DNA of 64,000 bases from Elusimicrobiota bacterium (lineage in GTDB: Bacteria; Elusimicrobiota; Elusimicrobia; UBA1565; JACRDR01), in the NCBI GenBank assembly GCA_041694815.1, contig JBGFSC010000049.1, positions 32,001 to 96,000 on the forward strand. Reading direction: 5' to 3'. A program made the translations under genes and the position numbers. Shown here piece after piece: positions 46,218-56,023 of this stretch. The number at the start of each line of letters is the position of its first letter. Position 1 is the first letter of the stretch. Under the pieces are notes generated by a model. The model did no database searches, was not told the origin of the DNA, and saw nothing but the letters and a program-made list of their open reading frames with translations.

Positions 46218-47741
46218 CTAACCCCTGCCGTAAGCCTCCGTCATTCGGCGCAGCCGCTGCGCGAGCGCGGCGCCGGGATCTCCGGGCTCAAGCCTCCAGC
46301 GCCAATTGGAGCGCGCCCGGCTGCCGGGCTGGTTCATCCGCGCGCGAGAGTCCAAGCCCAGCAGATCCTGCGCGGGCACGATCGCGACGTCCGCGCGCGA
46401 GCGCAGCGCCGCCCGGATCATGTCCCAATGGATCTCGGCGCCGTCGGAGCCGAGGTAAAATAAGGCGCGCTCCCTCTCGCGCCGGATCTCCTCGCGGCTG
46501 CGCGTGCTGCGCGCCGACCCCCGGTCCCTAAACCAGCCCACGATCGTGTCGTTGTCGTGGGTCCCCGTATAGGCCACGCAGCGGCGAGGGTGGTTGTGCG
46601 GCAGGTAATTTTTCGCCTCGGGATCCTTGCCGAAGGCGAACTGCAGCACGCGCATCCCCGGGAAGCCGAAGCGGTCCCGGAGGGCCTTTACGCCGCCGGT
46701 GACCACTCCCAGGTCCTCGGCGATGAGCTCCAGGCGCCCCCCCAACCTCCGGCCGACGACTTGGAAGAACTCGGCGCCGGGCCCCGGCGCCCAACGCCCC
46801 TCGCGCGCCGTCCTCGCGCCGGCGGGGATTTCCCAATAGTTGTGGAAGCCGATGAAATGGTCAAGCCGCACGGCGTCGAAAAGCTCGAAGCCGCGGCGCA
46901 GCCGCTCGACCCACCAGGCATAACCCCGCTCGCGCAGGCGATCCCAACGGTAGAGCGGATTGCCCCAAAGCTGCCCGTCCTTGCTGAAATAATCGGGAGG
47001 CACCCCGGCCACCTTCTCGGGACTGCCGTCCTCGCGCAGCCAAAAATATTCCGGATGGGCCCAAACGTCGGCGCAATCGCGGGCAACGAAGATCGGCACG
47101 TCGCCGATGAAGGAGATCCCTTTTCGGGCCGCGTAGGCCTTGAGCGCCGACCATTGCGAAAAAAACAGGTATTGCAGGAAGCTCTCGAAACGCGCTCGTT
47201 CCCGCAGACGCCGCTCGGCGGCGGCGAGCTCTCGCGGCTGTCGCGCGCGCAGGGGGGCGTCCCAGAGCCACCAAGGCCGGCCGCGGCTCTCGTGCCGCAG
47301 GGCCATGAACAGGGAATAGTCACGCAGCCAGGAACGGTTGCGGCGGCAAAAATCCGCGAATCGGCCGTGGGCGCCGCGCCGCTCGAAGGCATGGAAGGCT
47401 TCTTGGAAAGCCTCCTGTTTGGCCTCCCGGGCCGTTTCGAAATCCGCGGGACCCTGGGGCAGCGCGCGGACCTTTCCTCCGAGCAGCCCGTCCTGGACCA
47501 GGCACTCGAGGCTGATGAACAGCGGGTTGCCGGCGAAGGCCGAGAGCGCGTTATAGGGGGAGCCCAAGGGGTCGGGCGGGTTGACGGGCAGCATCTGCCA
47601 CCAGCGCTGGGAGGCCGCATATAAGAAATCGATGAAGCGGTAAGCCTCCGGCCCCAGGTCCCCGACGCCATGCGGCCCGGGCAGGGAGCTTAGATGCAGC
47701 AGGACGCCGCTGGAGCGTCGCGCGAGCGCGGAAGGCGCCAT
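46218..47741 (-). CDS. malQ: 4-alpha-glucanotransferase
   Basis: SGVLLHLSSLP, GVPPDYFS, RLDHF, IAEDLG, YTGTHDNDT. Confidence 0.93.
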   Translation of the reverse strand: MAPSALARRSSGVLLHLSSLPGPHGVGDLGPEAYRFIDFLYAASQRWWQMLPVNPPDPLGSPYNALSAFAGNPLFISLECLVQDGLLGGKVRALPQGPADFETAREAKQEAFQEAFHAFERRGAHGRFADFCRRNRSWLRDYSLFMALRHESRGRPWWLWDAPLRARQPRELAAAERRLRERARFESFLQYLFFSQWSALKAYAARKGISFIGDVPIFVARDCADVWAHPEYFWLREDGSPEKVAGVPPDYFSKDGQLWGNPLYRWDRLRERGYAWWVERLRRGFELFDAVRLDHFIGFHNYWEIPAGARTAREGRWAPGPGAEFFQVVGRRLGGRLELIAEDLGVVTGGVKALRDRFGFPGMRVLQFAFGKDPEAKNYLPHNHPRRCVAYTGTHDNDTIVGWFRDRGSARSTRSREEIRRERERALFYLGSDGAEIHWDMIRAALRSRADVAIVPAQDLLGLDSRARMNQPGSRARSNWRWRLEPGDPGAALAQRLRRMTEAYGRG

Positions 47742-47786
47742 CGTTCGAGAACTTAGCACAATCGAAAGCCATTGGCGAGGAAACGA

Positions 47787-47806
47787 ATGTGACGAAACCG
47801 TTACAT
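47787..47806. promoter_or_regulatory. imperfect palindromic operator between divergent malQ and a small ORF
   Basis: ATGTGAC-gaaacc-GTTACAT. Confidence 0.4.
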
Positions 47807-47884
47807 ATTCTTCACGCCCTTCCGCCAACGCCGTCTTATAATGGAATTGACGAAGAGGCTTGTGGCATTCATTAAGGAGGCGAT

Positions 47885-48052
47885 ATGGCCAGAAAACGTA
47901 CGACCAAGAAGCGGACCGCCCACGGCTCTCGGGGCGCACACACGCGCCGGCGCATGAACCCCCAGATCCCGGCGAGCGAAGGCGAGAGGGAGCGTGGAGG
48001 CCTGCGAAAATCGGAAGAGGAGATGTCCGGCGACGAGCCGGTGTTGAGCTAG
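47885..48052 (+). CDS. small basic/acidic 55-aa protein (below the ORF-track cutoff)
   Basis: SD AAGGAGG; MARKRTTKKRTAHGSRGAHTRRRMNPQIPASEGERERGGLRKSEEEMSGDEPVLS*. Confidence 0.55.
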   Translation: MARKRTTKKRTAHGSRGAHTRRRMNPQIPASEGERERGGLRKSEEEMSGDEPVLS

Positions 48053-48059
48053 TCCTGTA

Positions 48060-48419
48060 CTAGAGGGATTTAAGTCCCAGGCGGACCCAGCCCGCCAAGA
48101 GCGCGGCCTCGGCGGCAGCGTCTAGCAGATAGATGGGCGAGATGACCCTCCCCATGGCGTAGACGACGTCGACCCCCGCCAGGACGGCCGCCGAGGCCAT
48201 CGACAGGATCGCGATCTCCGGGACCGGGCGCTGGGCGAAGGCGGCCAAGGCCAGCGGCGCGCCGATGGAGGCGATCAAAAGCCCCACGGTCTTGACCAGC
48301 CACACGTCCGTCTTGGGCCCGGTGACCGCCTCGAAGCTCTTGTAGTTGAGCAGCGGCCACAGGCCCGTCAGGATATAGTAGAAGCCCTGCGTGAGCAATA
48401 GAATGGAAACGTCCCGCAC
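48060..48419 (-). CDS. small integral membrane protein
   Basis: About 4 TM helices; GLWPLL...FEAVTGPKTDVWLVKTVG...ISPIYLLDA. Confidence 0.75.
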   Translation of the reverse strand: MRDVSILLLTQGFYYILTGLWPLLNYKSFEAVTGPKTDVWLVKTVGLLIASIGAPLALAAFAQRPVPEIAILSMASAAVLAGVDVVYAMGRVISPIYLLDAAAEAALLAGWVRLGLKSL

Positions 48420-48554
48420 GCCGTCATTCTATTGGCGTGAAGCGGGGAAGTCCATGCGCCGGCGTTAAATAATTTTTGACGAACCCCTGTCCAAGGACCC
48501 AGACGGGCCATAAGCCGTTAGGCCCTCGCTGGAACAAGGGCGTGCCGGTACCCT

Positions 48555-51500
48555 ATGGCGATGCGTTTGGACAGTTCCTACGAACGCGAGCTGGGCGGCC
48601 CCGGCCTCGCGCGCGCCTCGCTGCGCCGGCCTATTACCGTTTTCGTGCTCGTTCTGGCGTTGGTGCTGGGCGCCGCAGTTTCGTTGCGTCGAATGCCGCG
48701 GGACATACTCCCGAGCCTGGGCACTCCCGTCCTCTACGTCGCCCAGCCGTATGGAGGGATGAGCCCCGCGCAGATGGAGGGATTTCTCACCTACTACTAC
48801 GAATATCACTTCCTATACGTCACCGGCATCGAGCATGTCGAATCCAAATCGATCCAGGGCGTGGCTCTCATCAAGCTGGAGTTCCATCCCGGCACCGATA
48901 TGGCCCAAGCGTTGGCCGAAACGATCAACTACGCCAACCGCGCCAGGGCTTTTATGCCTCCCGGGACCGTTCCTCCGTTCATCATGCGCTTCGACGCCGG
49001 CAGCGTGCCGGTAGGGAATCTGGTGCTCGCCAGTCCGTCGCGGACGGTCGGCCAACTGCAGGACTTAGCGCTCAACCGCGTGCGTCCTTTATTCGCGACG
49101 CTGCCGGGGGTCTCGGCGCCGCCGCCTTTCGGCGCGAGCGCCCGGGCGATCGTCGTGCGGCTCGACCCGGAGAAGCTGCGCCGCTTCCACGTCTCGCCGG
49201 ACCGGGTGGCGGAGGCGGTGGCCGCCGCGAACGTAATAACCCCGGCCGGCAATTTGCGCATCGGCGACCGTTATCCCTCGATCCCGAGCAACTCCGTGGT
49301 GCGCGACATCCGCGAACTGGAAAACGTGCCTCTCCGGCTGGGCACCTCACCCACCGTTTTTGTGCGGGACGTCGGCTCGGTCGCGGACGCGACGGATATC
49401 CCCACCGGGTTCGCGCTCGTCAACGGCAAGCGCACGGTCTATATCCCCGTGACGAAGCGCTCGGACGCCTCGACCCTTTCGGTGGTGGACTCGGTGCGGG
49501 CCAACATGGAGAAGTTCAGGTCCGTGCTGCCCGAGGACGTCTCGATCGATTACGAGTTCGACCAGTCCGGCTACGTGCGTCGGGCGATCCGCTCGCTGCT
49601 CACTGAGGGCGCGCTCGGGGCGGTATTGGCGGGGCTCATGATTCTCTTGTTCCTGGGCGACGCCCGCAGCTCCGCTATCGTGGCGCTGACGATCCCCTTG
49701 GCGGTGCTCGCGGCCGCCGTCGGACTGAACCTCGCCGGGCAGACGATCAACGTGATGACGCTCGGAGGTCTCGCTCTTGCGGTCGGCATCTTGGTGGACG
49801 AGGCAACCGTGACCATCGAGAATATACACGCCCACCGAGCGGCAGGGGCGTCGTTGGGCCAGGCCGCGCTGGCGGCAACGGAGGAAACGTCCATGCCCCG
49901 GCTTCTCGCGATGCTCGCGATCCTCGCCGTCTTCCTGCCGACCTTCGCTATGACGGGAGCCGCGAAGGCCCTCTTCGCGCCGCTGTCGCTGGCGGTCGGA
50001 TTCGCGATGCTGGCCTCCTATCTGCTTTCTAGCACCCTGGTCCCCGTGCTAGCCGCAGCGACCTTGGGAGCGGCGGCCCCGCATGCGGGGCCGCTCGACC
50101 GATCACTCGCCGCCTGGCGCTCGCGCTATGGCTGCGCGCTGGAACGGTTTATTCCGCGCCGCAGAGCGCTGCTCGCCGGCTATCTGGCGGGAGCGACGGC
50201 GGTCCTGGCCCTGGCCGGATCGAACCTGGGCCGCGAAATCTTTCCCGCGGCGGATTTCGACCAGTTCCAGATCCGGCTCCGCGCCCCGACGGGCACCGCG
50301 ATCGAGGAGACCGAACGCCTCGCGCGGCGTTCGCTCGAGGCGATCGATAAGGAGTCCGGAGGAGTGCGGGTCTCCGTCGGGTTCGTCGGCGTGCAGCCTC
50401 CGAGCTTTCCGATTAATTCGATCCACCTATGGACCGCCGGCCCGGAGGAAGCGGTATTCCAGGTCGCACTCCTCCGGCCGCCGGCGGACGGAATCCAGGC
50501 TTTCAAGCAGCGCCTGCGGGAGCGGCTCGCGCGCGAGCTTCCCGATCTTGCGGTGTCTTTCGAGGCCTCGGACGTCATCGGCCGGGTCATGAGCCAGGGC
50601 GCGCCCGCGCCGATCGAGGTGGCGGTGACCGGACCGGATTTTGCGGCCGCTCTAACGTTCGCCCGCGCGGCGCGCGAACGGCTGGCGCGCATCCAGGCGC
50701 TGCGCGACGTGAGGCTTTCCCCCGCCGTGGACTACCCGTCGATGGCCGTCGAGATCGACCGCGTCCAGGCGGGCCTCTCCGGCCTTACCGCGGCGAAGGT
50801 CGGCAGCGCCCTGACGGCCGCCACTTCGTCGAGCCGTTACGGCACGCCCGTTTACTGGGCCGATCCTAGAAGCGGCATCGCCTATCAGGTGCAGGTCGAG
50901 CTCCAGCGAGACAAGCTCGCCTCGGCGGATCGCCTGGCCTCGCTGCCGGTCTCCGTCAATGGCGGCTCGGTGCCGCTAGGACGCTTCGCGAAAATCGTGT
51001 CCACGACGACGGTCGCGGAATACGCCCGCTACAATATGCAGCGCATGGCGACGGTCGCCGCGAACATCCATGGCCAGGATCTTGGTCGCGCCGCCGCGCA
51101 GGTACGCGCGGCTCTCAAAGAACTCGAGACCCAGCGCCCGAAAGGCATCGGGATCGCGCTGCGCGGCCAGGTGAAGCCGATGGAGCAGATGTTCGACGGT
51201 CTCAAGAACGGCCTCCTTTTGACGATTGTCGCGCTGTTTTTGCTTCTGACGGCTAACTTCCAGTCTCCGCGGCTCGCAATCGTCGTGCTGACCCCCGTGC
51301 CGGCGGCTTTGGGCGGGGCTGCGACGGTGCTTTGGGCCACCGGAACCACGCTCAACGCCCAATCCTTCATGGGATCGATCATGGCGGTGGGCATCGCGAT
51401 CGCCAACTCGATCCTCCTGGTTAGCTTCGCCGAGCGCGCGCGGCTCGAGGGACTGCATGGCGCCGCGGCGATCCTCGACGCGGCCCAGGGGCGCCTGCGC

Positions 51501-51731
51501 CCGATTCTTATGACGAGCGGCGCGATGATCGCCGGCATGCTGCCGATGGCGCTAGGCCTGGGCGAAAGCGGAAGCCAGACGGCGCCGTTGGGCCGAGCCG
51601 TCGTCGGGGGACTCGGGGCGGCCACCCTCGCGACGCTGCTCGTGCTGCCCGTAGCCTATGCCGCCCTCAGGCGCGATCCCGCGCCCCGGCCCGTGGAGCA
51701 AGACCCCGACACCGTCGCGACCGTCGGATGA
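48555..51731 (+). CDS. RND efflux transporter permease subunit (AcrB/CusA superfamily)
   Basis: 1058 aa; GILVDEATVTIENI, ANSILLV, RLRPILMT. Confidence 0.92.
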   Translation: MAMRLDSSYERELGGPGLARASLRRPITVFVLVLALVLGAAVSLRRMPRDILPSLGTPVLYVAQPYGGMSPAQMEGFLTYYYEYHFLYVTGIEHVESKSIQGVALIKLEFHPGTDMAQALAETINYANRARAFMPPGTVPPFIMRFDAGSVPVGNLVLASPSRTVGQLQDLALNRVRPLFATLPGVSAPPPFGASARAIVVRLDPEKLRRFHVSPDRVAEAVAAANVITPAGNLRIGDRYPSIPSNSVVRDIRELENVPLRLGTSPTVFVRDVGSVADATDIPTGFALVNGKRTVYIPVTKRSDASTLSVVDSVRANMEKFRSVLPEDVSIDYEFDQSGYVRRAIRSLLTEGALGAVLAGLMILLFLGDARSSAIVALTIPLAVLAAAVGLNLAGQTINVMTLGGLALAVGILVDEATVTIENIHAHRAAGASLGQAALAATEETSMPRLLAMLAILAVFLPTFAMTGAAKALFAPLSLAVGFAMLASYLLSSTLVPVLAAATLGAAAPHAGPLDRSLAAWRSRYGCALERFIPRRRALLAGYLAGATAVLALAGSNLGREIFPAADFDQFQIRLRAPTGTAIEETERLARRSLEAIDKESGGVRVSVGFVGVQPPSFPINSIHLWTAGPEEAVFQVALLRPPADGIQAFKQRLRERLARELPDLAVSFEASDVIGRVMSQGAPAPIEVAVTGPDFAAALTFARAARERLARIQALRDVRLSPAVDYPSMAVEIDRVQAGLSGLTAAKVGSALTAATSSSRYGTPVYWADPRSGIAYQVQVELQRDKLASADRLASLPVSVNGGSVPLGRFAKIVSTTTVAEYARYNMQRMATVAANIHGQDLGRAAAQVRAALKELETQRPKGIGIALRGQVKPMEQMFDGLKNGLLLTIVALFLLLTANFQSPRLAIVVLTPVPAALGGAATVLWATGTTLNAQSFMGSIMAVGIAIANSILLVSFAERARLEGLHGAAAILDAAQGRLRPILMTSGAMIAGMLPMALGLGESGSQTAPLGRAVVGGLGAATLATLLVLPVAYAALRRDPAPRPVEQDPDTVATVG

Positions 51732-52969
51732 GGGGCGCCGCCCTCCTCCTTTTCGTCGCCGCCTCAGCGAGCGCCTCGGATCTGTCTCTCCTGGATGCCC
51801 TGCGGCGCGCCGAAGCCGCGAGCCCGGATATCCGCGCGGCCATAGCGCGCGAGGAACAGGCGCGTTCCGCCGAATCCGCGCGTCAGGCCGCCCTCTATCC
51901 AGCGCTCGAGCTGCACGCGATCCACAGCGGAGGTTTCATCGGCTCCAACGGCGCGCTATGGCTGGCCGGCTTGCCGGGCTCTCCTTTTCGCACGGGCCCC
52001 ACGGCCGCGCTGGTCGGCCGCCTCGATCTCTTTGACGCTCGCAATATCCGCGGCGTCACCGTCTCCTCCCGGCAATTGCGGGCCGCTCAGGCGCGCACGG
52101 CCCTGGTCCGCTATCGCGTCGATCTGGCGGCCGCGAACGCGTTCCTCGACTGCGCTCGTCAAAGGGGAGCGCGGGAACTCTGGATCGAGCTCGCCGAAGA
52201 GATGCGGGAGGTCTCGGCGGCGGTGCAACGCCTGGTGCGCGCCGGCCAACACAGCCCCGTCGAGCGCCTGCTGGTCGAAGATCAGGTTTTAGACGCGGAG
52301 GCCTCGGCCGCCATATTCGGGGTCCGCTACGAGGGAGCGCGGCGCCGGTTGGCGGCGCTTATCGGCGCGGGCGCGGATGAATTTTCCTCTCCTCCGGCAT
52401 GGTCCTTGTCCGAGGCGGACGCCGCCATGACGCCGGGAAACAATCCCTTGGAGGACGTGGCCGAGGCGGAGCTGGCCGCCGCGGAGGCCGGCGTGCTGGA
52501 ACGGCGCGCCTTCCGCTTCCCCCGCCTGACCGCCGTCGGCAGCGTCGGCGCCATGGAAGGCGCCCGGCTGGTGGAGAGGAAAAATTATTCCGGAGGGCTG
52601 GGCATTGTCTTCCCGCTCTTCGAAGGTTTTCGCCAGTCGGCGGAGATCGAACGGGCGCAACGATTTACCGAGGAACGACGACAGGAGCGCGCCTCGGTGC
52701 GGCTGATGATCGATCTCGAGCATTCCCGTTGGGACGAGCAATTGGAGACTTCTCGCGTCCGTCTGGCCGCTTTGCAACGACAGCTCTCTCAAGCGAGGGA
52801 GGCCTTGGTGCTCGCCAAACGCCGGTACCTATCCTTTCAAGGCCCTCTCGTGGACGTGCGGGAAGCCCTGCGAAACCTCGCGCGCATCCGCAGTCAGCAA
52901 AACGAGGCGTCGGCCGACCTGGTGCTGGCGGCGGCCGCCAATCAACTGCTACTCGGCGGCGTTCCTTAA
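51728..52969 (+). CDS. TolC family outer membrane protein
   Basis: Signal peptide, LYPALEL, FPLFEG; ATGA-coupled to the RND gene. Confidence 0.8.
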   Translation: MRGAALLLFVAASASASDLSLLDALRRAEAASPDIRAAIAREEQARSAESARQAALYPALELHAIHSGGFIGSNGALWLAGLPGSPFRTGPTAALVGRLDLFDARNIRGVTVSSRQLRAAQARTALVRYRVDLAAANAFLDCARQRGARELWIELAEEMREVSAAVQRLVRAGQHSPVERLLVEDQVLDAEASAAIFGVRYEGARRRLAALIGAGADEFSSPPAWSLSEADAAMTPGNNPLEDVAEAELAAAEAGVLERRAFRFPRLTAVGSVGAMEGARLVERKNYSGGLGIVFPLFEGFRQSAEIERAQRFTEERRQERASVRLMIDLEHSRWDEQLETSRVRLAALQRQLSQAREALVLAKRRYLSFQGPLVDVREALRNLARIRSQQNEASADLVLAAAANQLLLGGVP

Positions 52970-53057
52970 AGCGGTTTTACTGCTCCTTCTTCCAGATTGT
53001 TAAGCCGTTGTTAACGGCCTCTTCCTATCCTCCGCACTATTTCAAACATTGTGGGGC

Positions 53058-54872
53058 ATGGGCGCGCGACCCGCGACGATTCTTTGCGCCGTTCTGCTGC
53101 CTTTATGCGCCGGCTCGGCCTCGGCCGTCAACGACCGATTCGGCGTCGCCCAAATATACCCCACCGTCTCCGGAGGGAAGGAATGGTTCTCCCAATGGAC
53201 CGGCGCAGCCCGCAGCTTCACGTGGGGACAGGACCCGCGGGACCCCTGGTTCAACGGCAAGGGCGACGCGACCTACTCCGTGGACGGACAAGGCCAGATG
53301 GCCGTCTCCGGGCCGGTGCCGCGCCTCTACATCTTCGACCCGGCGCTGCAGAAGAGCTGGCGCAACGTGGAGATGACGGTCTACGCCAAGCGCGTCTCCG
53401 ATAGCGGCACCCCTTGGGGCGGCGTGGTCGGCGTGGCGCGTACCAATCACGGCGTCGTAGGCGGATCCGAGACCTCCAATCGCTGCGACTCCAGGGGCAA
53501 CGGGGCGCGCTTCCGTTACGACGGGCATATCGACTTCGAAAAGGAGACCAGCCACCCCAATTCCGTCCCTATCTTAAATAAGACCCAGTGGCCGGGCGGG
53601 CTTCCTTACAACCAATGGATCGGCTACAAGCTCGTCGTCTACGACCTTCCCAACGGCAATGTGAAGCTCGAATCCTGGTACGACGGCTCCGACGGCGCGG
53701 GGGGAGGCAAATGGGTCAAGATCAACGAGTTCGAAGACAACGGATCGAATTTCGGCGTCGGTGGTGTTCCCTGCGCGTCCGGGATCAATCCAGCCCTGCG
53801 CCTGACCAACAGCGATCAGCGTCCTGGCTCTCCGACCGCCAAGCCCAACATCGCCGTCTATTGGAGAAGCGACAACGTCGGAAGCAACGGGCTTATCTAC
53901 AAGAAAATGAGCGTGCGGGAGATCGATCCTGCCGCGCCGCCTCCACCGCCTCCGCCTCCACCGCCTCCACCGCCGCCACCTCCCCCACCGCCGCCACCTC
54001 CCCCACCGCCACCTCCCCCGCCAGCCCCCACTCCCGATCCCGCTCCGGCGCCGAACCCGACTCCTGAACCAGGGCCGCAGCCGGATCCTCAGCCGCCACC
54101 CGCTCCTACCCCGCAACCCGAACCCGCGCCTCCGAGCGCTCCCGGCAGCGGCCAGGGAGCGGGCGATAGCAGCTCGGCGACGGCAGCTATCGGCCCCTCG
54201 GGAGGATCCGTGTCCATCGCCCCCCCGTCCGGACCGGCCGATCTGCAGGTGCCTCCGGGAGCCTTCGCCCAAGACGTAAACGTCACCCTGACATCTCCCT
54301 CCACGTTTCCGGCAGCGCCGATTCCCGCCTCCCCGGGTATCGGGCTCCGCGCCATGGGCGTGGGCCTCGACGTCTCGCTGTCGCCGCCGCTTCAGCCCTC
54401 CGCCGAGATTCCGATCCGCATCTCGTACCGGGACTCGGATGTCGCCGGGCTAGACGAGGCCAGGCTGATCATCGCGCGCTTCGACCCGTGGCGCAACGCC
54501 TGGATCCCGCTCGATTCGACTCCGGACCCGGCCTTAAACCGCGTGAGCGCCGCCACGAATCACTTCTCCCTTTTCCAGATCATGCAGGCCAGCCCCGCCT
54601 CCGGGGTCTCCAACGCGCGGGTGTTTCCCAACCCGCTGCTCCCGGCCCAGGGGCATGCGCGCATGACCTTCCTCTCGCTGCCGGCCGGCGCCCGATTGCG
54701 CGTCTATGACCTCAAGGGCGTGTTGATCAAGGATTTGTCGGCCGACGCCGCGGGCATGGCCTCCTGGGATGGGACCAACGAGGCCGGCGCGCTGGTGGCC
54801 AGCGGCGTGTATTTTGTCTACGCGCAAGGCGGCGGGGAGCGCCGCACCTTCAAGGTAGCCATACAACGATGA
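53058..54872 (+). CDS. secreted protein: beta-rich N-terminal domain, polyproline stalk, ZU5-like domain, T9SS-like C-terminal sorting domain
   Basis: Signal peptide; 29 consecutive Pro (53937-54023); TNHFSLF; ARVFPNP...RVYDLKG...[14 protein letters not shown]...RTFKVAIQR. Confidence 0.8.
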   Translation: MGARPATILCAVLLPLCAGSASAVNDRFGVAQIYPTVSGGKEWFSQWTGAARSFTWGQDPRDPWFNGKGDATYSVDGQGQMAVSGPVPRLYIFDPALQKSWRNVEMTVYAKRVSDSGTPWGGVVGVARTNHGVVGGSETSNRCDSRGNGARFRYDGHIDFEKETSHPNSVPILNKTQWPGGLPYNQWIGYKLVVYDLPNGNVKLESWYDGSDGAGGGKWVKINEFEDNGSNFGVGGVPCASGINPALRLTNSDQRPGSPTAKPNIAVYWRSDNVGSNGLIYKKMSVREIDPAAPPPPPPPPPPPPPPPPPPPPPPPPPPPPPAPTPDPAPAPNPTPEPGPQPDPQPPPAPTPQPEPAPPSAPGSGQGAGDSSSATAAIGPSGGSVSIAPPSGPADLQVPPGAFAQDVNVTLTSPSTFPAAPIPASPGIGLRAMGVGLDVSLSPPLQPSAEIPIRISYRDSDVAGLDEARLIIARFDPWRNAWIPLDSTPDPALNRVSAATNHFSLFQIMQASPASGVSNARVFPNPLLPAQGHARMTFLSLPAGARLRVYDLKGVLIKDLSADAAGMASWDGTNEAGALVASGVYFVYAQGGGERRTFKVAIQR

Positions 54873-55816
54873 GGCGAATGTGGACCCTCGCGGCCCTGCT
54901 GCTATGCGCCCCCGCCGCCCGCGCCGGCAGCTTTTCCTCCTCCTCCCGCGGCATAGCTGCGGCGCGATTTTTAGAGCTGGATGTCGGCGCCCGCGCCGTC
55001 TCCCTCGGCGGCGCCTTCGCCGCCCTGGCGGACGACTCGAGCGCGCTGTACTGGAACCCGGCGGGCCTCACGGGCATCGAGAGACGCTCGGCGGGCTTCA
55101 TGCACGCCTCCCACATCGACTCGAGTATTTTCAATTATGGCGCCTACGGGCAGAAATTGGGCCGGCGCGGCGCTTTCGGCGCCGGCTTCCAGTATTTCTC
55201 CGCCGGACCCATCGCGCAAACCGACGCGGCGGGCGCCGATATCGGGACCTTCTCGCCGTACGACCTGGCGCTGTCGATCGGCTACGCGCATGCCTTAGGC
55301 GGTGGATTCACGGCGCCCTTGGCCGGCTTTTCCGTGGGCGGCAGCGGCAAGTTCATCCAATCGAAAATACTCCGGGGGGCCCAGACCGCGGCCGTGGACC
55401 TGGGCCTGCTGTCGCCCTGGTATTTCAACCAGCGCTTCCGGTGGGCCCTGACCGCCGTCAACATGGGCGGGAAGCTGAAGTTCGATCAGGTCTCCCACGA
55501 GCTTCCCTTCGCCTTGAGGGCGGCCGGCGCCTTGCGGATCGACGAGCATTGGAGCGCCTCCGTAGACGCCGTCTTTCCGAAATTTGACCGGCCTTTCGCG
55601 GCCGTCGGCGTGGAATACCGGCTAGCGCCCATCGGGCCTTGGACCCTGGCCGCCCGTGGGGGATTCAGCTCCCAGACCATCGGCGGCATCGATGGATTCA
55701 GCGGGATTTCGATGGGCCTGGGTTTCCGCTACCGCGGGTATGGGATCGATTATGCGTTCTTACCCTATGGAGGGGTGGGGCAGACGCATAGGATATCTCT
55801 TAACTATAACTTCTGA
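54869..55816 (+). CDS. PorV/PorQ (UPF0164)-like outer membrane beta-barrel
   Basis: [24 protein letters not shown], ends [10 protein letters not shown]. Confidence 0.82.
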   Translation: MRRMWTLAALLLCAPAARAGSFSSSSRGIAAARFLELDVGARAVSLGGAFAALADDSSALYWNPAGLTGIERRSAGFMHASHIDSSIFNYGAYGQKLGRRGAFGAGFQYFSAGPIAQTDAAGADIGTFSPYDLALSIGYAHALGGGFTAPLAGFSVGGSGKFIQSKILRGAQTAAVDLGLLSPWYFNQRFRWALTAVNMGGKLKFDQVSHELPFALRAAGALRIDEHWSASVDAVFPKFDRPFAAVGVEYRLAPIGPWTLAARGGFSSQTIGGIDGFSGISMGLGFRYRGYGIDYAFLPYGGVGQTHRISLNYNF

Positions 55817-55995
55817 ACGGCGACTTATACGCGCCTCGGGCGCGTGACTCGTCGCGCTTGACGTTCGCGCGGTGCCAGGGATTGACTTTCGCCTAGGCGA
55901 AAGTCAATCCCTGGCACCATCTTCGCGAATATTCCGCGCTCGGCGCGGTCGTCTGCGCCGAGCCCACGCGCTTAAAGCGCGTAAAAATTGCCGTT
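55816..55995. repeat. intergenic modular repeat, long form copy 2, with the perfect 48-bp palindrome (55871-55918) and imperfect terminal inverted repeats
   Basis: Ends aacggcgacttatacgcgc ... gcgcgtaaaaattgccgtt; core near-identical to 796-909. Confidence 0.9.
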
Positions 55996-56023
55996 TACCT
56001 CGAAGCCGCGGCAAAAAATCCAT

